Shown piece after piece: positions 37,821-45,464 of a DNA stretch of 64,000 bases. The notes under the pieces are model-generated. The model made no database searches and had not been told where the DNA came from. It worked only from the letters and a program-made list of their open reading frames with translations. The translations under genes and the position numbers were made by a program. Location: NCBI GenBank assembly GCA_016200265.1, contig JACQFE010000049.1, positions 22,277 to 86,276 of the forward strand. Direction: 5' to 3'. Source of the stretch: Planctomycetota bacterium. GTDB taxonomy: Bacteria; Planctomycetota; Phycisphaerae; UBA1845. Each line of letters begins with the position of its first letter. Position 1 is the first letter of the stretch.

Positions 37821-39314
37821 TTGAACAAGCTTGAAACACCGCTGGCGGCGTTGTGGTGGCTATCGTTTTGGACGGCCGGCGGGCTGTGCATCGGCAGCTT
37901 CCTGAACGCGGTCATCTTTCGCATACCGCGACAGAAGTCGCTCCGCGATCCGATCTGGTCGGCCTGCCCTCACTGCCACTATCGCCTCGCATGGTACGAC
38001 AATCTTCCTCTCATCAGTTTCATTCGCCTCGGCGGGCGCTGCCGAAAGTGCGGAGTGCCGATCGCCACGAGATACATGGTGATCGAAGCGGTAATGGCGC
38101 TCGTGGTGCTGCTGCTTCTCGACACATTCTTCATCGGTGGCGTGCGCGCGGGTCTCAAAGATGGTCAATTCGGTTTGACCGATCAGCTTTCCTACGACTG
38201 GCCGATATTGCTGGCACACGTCATCTTGTTTGCCTGTCTCCTGGCGATGTCCGCGATCGATCTGGAGCATTACTGGGTGGACATCCGCTTCACGAATTTC
38301 GTCACCATCGCCGGTTTTGTGCTTCACACACTATGGACACCGCGGCACAGCATGAAGTGGATCCGACCGGGGAATGCAACCGCGACCGCGTCATTGGCGG
38401 CACTATTGGGGCTCGCGATCGTTTGGCTGATCCGCATGTCTCAGGCGCCGCTTCATCCGGCCGACGAGGCCGAGGTTCCCCAGGAATCGTTGCCGGAACC
38501 GCCCGTCGTGCGAAAGCGTCCGCCGCCGTCGCTGGCGTCTCCTTCGCGACTCGCGGGCTGGGCCGCGACTCTGTTTGTCATGATTTTGTTCATCGTGCTT
38601 GCGCTAGTGGAAGCGCGTGGAATCCCTTCGCGTCATTTCGGTCGAGCGCTTCTTCCAATCGCGTTTCTGTTTATTCTCACGGTTTCGGAAAATCTTGTGC
38701 CGCGGGCATCGGACCATGAAATCGTCGAAGCGATTGATGGAGAGCGTCACAGTGCTCGCGGAATGGTCTTGCGAGAACTTGGCCTGCTTCTGCCGGCGAT
38801 CGTTCTTGGTTTGCTGGCCGGTTGGCTCGTGGTTCGGGATGGCGGACTTTCAGTGAAAGTCGGGGCGGTCTTCCATGATGAATGGCATCCGGGCGGGTTG
38901 CTCCTCTTTCGGAACTGGTCGCCATTTTATGGATTTGCGACGGCCGCCTCCGGGTACATCATCGCCGGCGCGATGGGCTGGGCGATTCGAATCGTGTTCA
39001 CGTTGCTCTTCGGAAAAGAGGCGTTCGGGTTGGGTGATATTCACTTGATGGCGGCGGCGGGGTGTGTGGCCGGTTGGCCGATTGTGGCGCTCGGCTTCTT
39101 CCTGACTTGTGGGCTGGCGTTATTCGCCTGGCTGTTGTCGCTGCCGTTCAAGCGAACGCGAGCCATGCCCTTGGGACCGTGGCTGTCGCTTGGTTTCCTC
39201 ATCGTTGTGATATTCTATGACCCAATCCTGCGGATGCCGACCGTGGCGCGAACAGTAACTACAGCTCGGTACATAATCGGCCTTGAGAAAATCCAGAATT
39301 ACCCCTTGGATTAG
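37821..39314 (+). CDS. prepilin peptidase (A24 family, PilD-like) with a large internal insertion
   Basis: TTG start per the ORF track. N-terminal domain: GSFLNAVIFRIP...CPHC...LPLISFIRLGGRCRKC. Putative catalytic Asp residues lie in SAIDLEHY (about aa 147) and GLGDIHLMAAAG (about aa 406). Confidence 0.8.
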   Translation: MNKLETPLAALWWLSFWTAGGLCIGSFLNAVIFRIPRQKSLRDPIWSACPHCHYRLAWYDNLPLISFIRLGGRCRKCGVPIATRYMVIEAVMALVVLLLLDTFFIGGVRAGLKDGQFGLTDQLSYDWPILLAHVILFACLLAMSAIDLEHYWVDIRFTNFVTIAGFVLHTLWTPRHSMKWIRPGNATATASLAALLGLAIVWLIRMSQAPLHPADEAEVPQESLPEPPVVRKRPPPSLASPSRLAGWAATLFVMILFIVLALVEARGIPSRHFGRALLPIAFLFILTVSENLVPRASDHEIVEAIDGERHSARGMVLRELGLLLPAIVLGLLAGWLVVRDGGLSVKVGAVFHDEWHPGGLLLFRNWSPFYGFATAASGYIIAGAMGWAIRIVFTLLFGKEAFGLGDIHLMAAAGCVAGWPIVALGFFLTCGLALFAWLLSLPFKRTRAMPLGPWLSLGFLIVVIFYDPILRMPTVARTVTTARYIIGLEKIQNYPLD

Positions 39315-39347
39315 CGAGGACGGCCAGTTTTCAGGAGAGGAATTCCC

Positions 39348-39737
39348 TTGAATCTTGCGTGGAAACGCCTGACGGTTTATCTTCGACTGACGGTCATTGT
39401 GGCCGTGGTGGGCGCGATCGGGCTCGTCCTTTTTCAGAACAGGAACTATCGGGTCAGGTTTTGGTTCTTCGGTCTGGCGGACGAGACCAAAGAGATCAAT
39501 GTTGTCTGGTTGATCGTGTCCACCGCGACGATGACGCGGCTGATCTGGTCGATCCTGGCATTTTGCTCGAAGATGTGGCGCGATCTGCGAGAAGTACGGA
39601 AGCAGGAAGCCCAGCGGCGCGTCGACGAAGACTTCAAGCGGCGGGAAACGGAATTGGCTCAGCGGGAAGCGCGATTGAATCAGAACGTGATCCCGGGCAC
39701 GGTCGCGTCTGTCGACGCGGAACAAATTCCGCTCTGA
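39348..39737 (+). CDS. small membrane protein with charged coiled-coil tail (LapA/DUF1049-like?)
   Basis: Two TM segments, then REVRKQEAQRRVDEDFKRRETELAQREARL. Confidence 0.45.
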   Translation: MNLAWKRLTVYLRLTVIVAVVGAIGLVLFQNRNYRVRFWFFGLADETKEINVVWLIVSTATMTRLIWSILAFCSKMWRDLREVRKQEAQRRVDEDFKRRETELAQREARLNQNVIPGTVASVDAEQIPL

Positions 39738-39956
39738 GTGGTGTATCGGCATTGGGGTGCCATGCCCAATGCCAAGCGCATCTTGGCGCCGGCATGTGAT
39801 TCGTAGATTTGTTGGCGCTATGCTTGGCCATGCCACTCGAAAATTCGGCTGTATCGTTGAATTGGCCTTCGATGTAGATTGAAATTGTGCTGGTAGGAAG
39901 TGTGCAAGGGAAACAAGCAAGCGTGTGCGGCTAGGCCGCCAAATTGGGAGATACAC

Positions 39957-40631
39957 ATGCAACGCAATTGGTTTCGAGGTTTGATCGTACTCTCATCGCT
40001 GGCCGGATTGCTCGGCGGCTGCGCGGGAAACAAAAAGCAGGCCGACGCGATGGAAGGTCGAAATCGTGATCTGAATGCAGCGCTGGCTGGTGCCCGAGGT
40101 GATTTGCAATCGTGCGTGCGAGATCGTGACGCGCTGGCTCAACAATTAGCATCGGCGCGACAGGATGCGGACATGCTGCGCACTCAACTCGCGAACAAGC
40201 CGGAGCCGCCAACCGCTCCGCCCGGATGGACGGCCGTCCCCGGAGGCGGCATGATCGCCATCGAAGAAGACATTCTCTTCGCTCCAGGCAAAGTCACTCT
40301 GCGTGACGAGGCTCGCAAGACGCTTGACAGTGTGGTCAGCACGCTGGAAGGCGACTATCGCACGAAAGATATAATGGTCTTTGGTCACACTGACGATCGA
40401 CCCATCAAGAAGAGCGGCTGGCAGGACAACTGGCAGTTGAGCACGGAGCGATCATTGGCAGTCACGCGTTACCTCAAGGAGCATGGAGTCGAGCCTGAGC
40501 GACTGGCAGCCGCCGGCTGCGGTGAATATCGCCCGCGAGTGGCCAATGATTCCGAGCCGAATCGTCTTCGCAACCGCCGCGTGGAGATTTTCGCCATCGA
40601 CGCCCAGCCGCGAACAGGGCGAGGGAAGTAG
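39957..40631 (+). CDS. OmpA/MotB-domain lipoprotein with N-terminal coiled coil
   Basis: The start MQRNWFRGLIVLSSLAGLLGGC (lipobox) is preceded by gggaga. OmpA_C region: GHTDDRPI...NWQLSTERSLAVTRYL...NRRVEI. Confidence 0.85.
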   Translation: MQRNWFRGLIVLSSLAGLLGGCAGNKKQADAMEGRNRDLNAALAGARGDLQSCVRDRDALAQQLASARQDADMLRTQLANKPEPPTAPPGWTAVPGGGMIAIEEDILFAPGKVTLRDEARKTLDSVVSTLEGDYRTKDIMVFGHTDDRPIKKSGWQDNWQLSTERSLAVTRYLKEHGVEPERLAAAGCGEYRPRVANDSEPNRLRNRRVEIFAIDAQPRTGRGK

Positions 40632-40660
40632 TCAGACGTCTCTTTCGGATGGAATAAGAA

Positions 40661-41278
40661 TTAGCGACTCTTCGCCACGGCCCGAGCCAATTTGCGAAAT
40701 TCAGGCCGCAATTCCTGGCGAATTTGGCTCGCGAATGTAGTCGAAAGTCGATTCGCGCGGATAAGCCCAATCACGTCGGCGAGATCTTGGGCGCGTAGCG
40801 GATCGCGCAAGCCCAATTCCAGTTTCATCTGGATGAGATCAGCAAGGTCGACCGTGGGGATCCCGTCAATGACGACTGACGACGTTGGCGGATGTCGCAA
40901 TTCCTCCGTGAACACAAGTTGTACGGGCACACGCTTCTTGGTGAATTCAGATCGACCTCGGTGAAATTCATATCCGGCCGACTCCAGGGTCGCCTTGAGA
41001 TTGCGAGCCGGCTTCGGCAGCAAGACGTTAACATCACACGTGGTTCGAAGATGGCCGTGCAACGCGACGGAGACGCCGCCAATGACGACGGCCTCAAATT
41101 CCTCGGACCGCAGCACGCGGGTTACGTCGCGGGCGATTTTCAGAATTTCGCTATCACCTTGCAAGAGTCGAAGTGCCTCATCACGTAGGGATCGAATCAC
41201 CGTAGGCTCTTCCAACAACAACTGGATTGTTACCTGCGCCCATTCTCTTGAATGATGTAGTATATCCGATTCAGGCAC
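40661..41278 (-). CDS. minimal nucleotidyltransferase-fold protein (MNT/AbiEii-like), function unknown
   Basis: AVVIGGVSVALHGHLRTTCDVNVLL resembles the GG/GS..x..[DE]x[DE] NTase motif, but reads D-V-N. The C-terminal half is helical. Confidence 0.45.
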   Translation of the reverse strand: MPESDILHHSREWAQVTIQLLLEEPTVIRSLRDEALRLLQGDSEILKIARDVTRVLRSEEFEAVVIGGVSVALHGHLRTTCDVNVLLPKPARNLKATLESAGYEFHRGRSEFTKKRVPVQLVFTEELRHPPTSSVVIDGIPTVDLADLIQMKLELGLRDPLRAQDLADVIGLIRANRLSTTFASQIRQELRPEFRKLARAVAKSR

Positions 41279-41345
41279 AAGACCGGCGCAAGGTTATACA
41301 ACATGTAGACAGGCGATCGTGGATTCTCAGGTACGTGCAGATGGT

Positions 41346-42140
41346 TTAGGCATGAGGCGCTTGGCCGTTGCTTTTTCCGTTGCTCTTGATGTTTGCTTTA
41401 TCGTTCGAATTGGCTGGAAAGGCGGCCTTTCCGTTGCCGTTTAGTGAATGGTCGTTCATTTCTCGCGGTTTCGCGCCATTCCGGTGCATGAACGGATAGA
41501 CACCATGATGACCGCAGCGGCGTTCGCGAAGATGATCGACCGTGATCAGTAAGGCGCCTTTTGCCACGATCTGCCGGAGAGCCAGATCGGCCGCTGATCG
41601 GTTCCAATAACCGCATGCATCGACAATGATGCAAACTCTCTTTCCGCGAGCGAGTAGCGCCAAAGCGGCGGCCTTGATGGAAGTTTCCAAACCCGTTCCG
41701 CACAGCGTGAATTCATCGGTCGGGAGTTGGCTGAGCAGCCGGTCGGCCTTCGGGTTGAGAAGCAGATCGTCCGTGCGTTTCCGGAAAATCACCTGCTGAT
41801 GGTTGTCGAACAAATCAATCGGTAATGAGAGTGTGTTATCGACCTCGACTTTGGTGCGAAGCGGAAAGAGCGTGAACCCAAGCTTGTGTTGGCCATTGGA
41901 GCCGTCCACGCAATAGATTGGAGTTCCGCTATCGGACAGCTCAAAGGGCCTGTGAGACTCGACGGACGACACAACCGGGACGTGATTTCGTCGAGCCCAG
42001 GCGACAGTAATTCGCAGTCCCCGTACGAGTTCAGCAATATTCACGACCGGACACGAACCGTCGGGAGCGCAAAAATCGCGCTGCGTGTTGACGTCGAGGA
42101 GAACGGATTCGTAACCTCGCCCGTTTTTTCTCGCTGACAT
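41346..42140 (-). CDS. isochorismatase/cysteine-hydrolase-fold protein with low-complexity C-terminal tail
   Basis: ORF 41346..42206; I prefer the start MSARKNGRGYESV (42140). Has LLDVNTQRDFC, ...YCVDGSNGQ and ...FTLCGTGLETSIKAAALALLARGKRVCIIVDACG. The tail is NGNGKAAFPANSNDKANIKSNGKSNGQAPHA. Confidence 0.6.
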   Translation of the reverse strand: MSARKNGRGYESVLLDVNTQRDFCAPDGSCPVVNIAELVRGLRITVAWARRNHVPVVSSVESHRPFELSDSGTPIYCVDGSNGQHKLGFTLFPLRTKVEVDNTLSLPIDLFDNHQQVIFRKRTDDLLLNPKADRLLSQLPTDEFTLCGTGLETSIKAAALALLARGKRVCIIVDACGYWNRSAADLALRQIVAKGALLITVDHLRERRCGHHGVYPFMHRNGAKPREMNDHSLNGNGKAAFPANSNDKANIKSNGKSNGQAPHA

Positions 42141-42978
42141 AAAAGTGTTCCCACTCTGCGCCAAAACTCCCAAAGAGCGCAGTGACGTAGTGTTTAGATG
42201 AACCACGGTTCAGGAGTGGGGTGTTTGCTTCCTTCCCATCCCAACTCTCATTGAGCCTGGCACCGGGGGAGATGTGTCCCTCTTCTCACCAAGTGTAGTC
42301 GCCGTACCTTGGAAAGGCGAACCGCCTTGTGATTTTCCTTAAATTCAGAATTTATCCAAGGTTATGGCGCGCAAGGGAATTCCGATTTTCCCTGATCATG
42401 CTTCGGCGACGTTTTGTTGAGAGCTGGCATGCGGAAACAATCAGCATAGTAATTGTATGAATTGAAACAGGATCAACACTTTCCAATGGACAGAAGCAAC
42501 CTATTTCTGCACATAAGAAACAACCCAATATAACAAATGATTGGGTAGTCAGAGTGTTTTTTGGTCTTATAATGAAATCTTGGCAATCTTTGGGCCGATA
42601 ATTATGGAAGTTATAGGACAACTTTCGGGAAAGTACCTATTGTCAGGGGAGCAAGCTAGCGAAATCGAATGGACGGTTCTGTTCGGACGATTACCGGGCG
42701 GCCTGTTCGACATCGCAATCCTTAGAACCGCGATGAAAATTTTGCCCGGATTCGTTACACCGAAGCCATAGGTCGCAACCTGGTATTCGTGGGTCGGCAC
42801 GTCCGGTATTGGACCATTCCGAAATGGAAGTCCCGATTCGCAATACTCACACGCAAGGGTGAATTGCAATTGGACGATGAATGCTCGTCCGCCGAATGCA
42901 GTATGGATCGAGGATCGTGCCGAACCGGATTGGAGCTTTCCGGAAAGCCGGCGGCACCAACGAAAAGGAGTGTCATGG

Positions 42979-43725
42979 ATGACGCCGCGAATTCGTATCG
43001 CTGGTTGGGCGTGGATTTGCACCAGTGTCTGGATTTTGGGTTGCAATTCACATCAACCGGCACACGCGGTCAGGAATGACCGTCCGAGGAATGAAGCACT
43101 TCGCCGGGCGACGATCGCGGTGGCTCCCGCGGTGAACGTCAGCGGTTCGACGGATTTTGATCCGAACCGCTTCGCCGACTTGATGGCCAGTGAACTCGGC
43201 GAATTCGACGGCATCTCGGTGATTCCCGTGAGTCGCGTTCTTGGTGTGCTTGCGGCTCAGGGATTGGATCGAGTGGAGTCGACGGCCCATGCCGGAGAAT
43301 TGGCTCGATGGCTGGGTGCGGATGCGATTCTGGTTTTTGCGGTGACACGTTATGACGCTTACGAACCTCCGAGCATCGGAATTTCCGCTCAATTGTATGG
43401 AGCGCGAAATCGCGCAGGCGGCGAGCCGCAGTCCGTGGCGATCGGACGGCGACACAGTGAAGACGGGCGTATGGCGACTGCGGAACAGGATGCAGGCAAG
43501 CAGCAATCAACGGAGCTCCTGGCCCAGACTCAACGGATGTTCGACGCTTCTCACGACGACCTCGTCGCCGAAGTGAGAAATTTCGCGGCGTCGCGAACGA
43601 TGGACAACAGCCCCTACGGCTGGCGGAAGTTTATGGTGAGCCAGCGGGGATTTATTCAGTTCTGCTGCTACGAGACGATTCGCGATCTGATTGCGAATCG
43701 AAGCGCAGTCGCAGCAACGAAGTAG
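42979..43725 (+). CDS. lipoprotein, LpoB/DUF799/TolB-N-like pattern
   Basis: The start MTPRIRIAGWAWICTSVWILGC (lipobox) follows aaaggag, within ORF 42859..43725. Has IAVAPAVNVSGSTDFDPNRFADLMASELGEFDGISVIPVSRV...LGADAILVFAVTRYD. Confidence 0.5.
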   Translation: MTPRIRIAGWAWICTSVWILGCNSHQPAHAVRNDRPRNEALRRATIAVAPAVNVSGSTDFDPNRFADLMASELGEFDGISVIPVSRVLGVLAAQGLDRVESTAHAGELARWLGADAILVFAVTRYDAYEPPSIGISAQLYGARNRAGGEPQSVAIGRRHSEDGRMATAEQDAGKQQSTELLAQTQRMFDASHDDLVAEVRNFAASRTMDNSPYGWRKFMVSQRGFIQFCCYETIRDLIANRSAVAATK

Positions 43726-43737
43726 TGCGGTACCCAA

Positions 43738-43790
43738 AATGTGGCGCCGGTTCTCAACTGGTGAAACACGGGTTGAAAACCCGTGCCACA
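43738..43790. repeat. structured ~54-nt repeat (gtggcRccgg...cacgRgttgMaaacccgtgccaca), copy 1
   Basis: aatgtggcgccggttctcaactggtgaaacacgggttgaaaacccgtgccaca. It contains the hairpin cacgggt-tgaaa-acccgtg. The second copy lies at 51202-51255. Confidence 0.75.
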
Positions 43791-44031
43791 GCGGAGCGCA
43801 ATGAGTAGCAAGAGGCATGGCGGTGCGTCGATGATCCGACAACTGTCGCTGGTTAAAGGAGAGGAACGATTCATCTTCCGGTACGAGCCGGGACATGAAG
43901 CGGATGTGATTGATGCATTCGCTTCCATGGCGGGAGATCGGGAAAGCAGTTTCGACTGGTTTGATGCTGCAGTACTGAGCTATCAGATGGGCCGACGATT
44001 AGAGACGGAGCTCGATCAGATCGCGAGTTGA
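43783..44031 (+). CDS. small hypothetical protein
   Basis: 82-aa ORF; the start may be MIRQLSLVKGEERFIFRYEPGHEADV at 43831. Its 5' end overlaps the repeat element. I recognise no family. Confidence 0.35.
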   Translation: MPQRSAMSSKRHGGASMIRQLSLVKGEERFIFRYEPGHEADVIDAFASMAGDRESSFDWFDAAVLSYQMGRRLETELDQIAS

Positions 44032-44117
44032 GGAATGTTCACGGACGGTGACCCCCGTTTGAGGTCGTGAAGACTCGATCGGGAACGAGAAACTTTCACC
44101 GAACTACAAGAGCGATC

Positions 44118-45149
44118 ATGAAAGAGAATTCAATAATTGACGAGTTCCTGAACTACCTGAAGTTCGAGCGGCACTTCTCTCCACATACGGCGAAGTGTTA
44201 TGCGGCCGACCTCGCACAGTTCTGTGCGTATCTGGTCGGCGACATGGGCGCCGCGAGCGGTCGACAGAACTTCACGTTTCCCACTTCGGCCGGTGCGGCT
44301 GCATCGCGAACCGTGACGGTTGCGGGATCGAGTGCGGCCACTGTTGGTGGCGCGGCGCAATCAGGCGGGATCGCCGTCGCCGTGCTTGAGGGGCTTCAAG
44401 GCAAGCTCCGCGACGCCGACACCGAACAGATTAAGTTATTTCTGACGTTCCTGAGCACGCAGAATTATTCGAAATCAACCATCGCGCGCAAGCTGGCCAC
44501 GCTGCGCAGTTTTTACAAATTCTGCCTGCGCCGCGGGCACGTCAAAACGCATCCGCTGGCGACAATTCGTACTCCGAAGCAAGAGAAACGCCTGCCGCGC
44601 TATCTTGAGATGGAACAGATCACCAAACTCCTCTCGACGCCCGAAGATCGCACGCTCCTGGGTTCGCGCGACCGAGCCATGCTCGAATTGCTCTTCTCCA
44701 CCGGCGTTCGCGTCAGCGAGTTGGTTGAATTGAACTTCGCCGATCTCGATCAGGAAGCCAGCGTCATTCGCGTTCGCGGCAAGGGCAAGAAGCAGCGCAC
44801 CGCGCCGGTCGGACCGACGGCGATGGCCGCGATTCAGAAATATCTCCAGCTTCGCCGCGTCGATGCACGCTCCGCGGCGTTCGATCAGCAAGCTCTCTTC
44901 GTGAACAAGCACGGTCAGCGGCTGAGCACGCGAAGCGTCCGCCGCAAGCTGGACAAGTATCTGACCGAGGCCGGCCTCGATCCTTCGATCAGCCCGCACA
45001 CGCTGCGTCACAGCTTCGCGACGCACATGCTCAACAGCCACCAAGCGCCTGAAGTCGGCCTACGACGAAGCGCACCCGCGCTCGTAATCCCCTCTCCTAC
45101 GACGAGGCGCGTTCGCACACTTATTCCCTCTCCCCTTGGGAGAGGTTAG
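44118..45149 (+). pseudogene. xerC: XerC/XerD-family tyrosine recombinase, catalytic C-terminal segment missing and frame shifted after nt 45038
   Basis: The N-terminal SAM-like domain (EFLNYLKFERHFSPHTAKCYAADLAQF) and the catalytic domain up to [14 protein letters not shown] are intact. The expected GADLR..ELLGH....TTQIYTH segment is absent. The reading frame then gives HQAPEVGLRRSAPALV..., while the +1 frame reads TKRLKSAYDEAHPRS* (45040-45087), a typical XerC C-terminus. Confidence 0.7.
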
Positions 45150-45157
45150 GGTGAGGG
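45126..45157 (+). repeat. hairpin element ccctctcccc-ttg-ggagagg + ttagggtgaggg (family copy 1)
   Basis: cctctccc (45127-45134) pairs with gggagagg (45138-45145), followed by ttagggtgaggg. Related copies lie at 47284-47316, 49636-49675 and, inverted, at 49697-49733. Confidence 0.8.
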
Positions 45158-45464
45158 CTGCACTCTTTCCGAGCCGCGACCGTGAGGAAGCGGACTGCCG
45201 TCCCCCTTACCAAGGGCTGAGGGCGCCCAATGCGGGGAAGCCCGAAGCAGGGCGTTAGTCGCATCGCACAAATTCCCCCTGTGGGGCTGACTTTCCAGTC
45301 GGTCATTCTCGGCAACCAAATCCCAACGAAACACATCAAAGAATAACCATAGGTCACGCGGATTATTTGAGCCCACTGATTTGGCATTTCGTCATCAGTT
45401 TGGATAGAATCGCGCGTCAGTATTTCACCAAGGGGGGCCACGGTTCATTTCGGAAGGAGGGGTC

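Noticed and set aside
42255-42275. A TGGCAC motif that might indicate a sigma54 -24 element.
   Set aside because: No TTGC -12 element lies at the required spacing, and there is no appropriately placed downstream gene.
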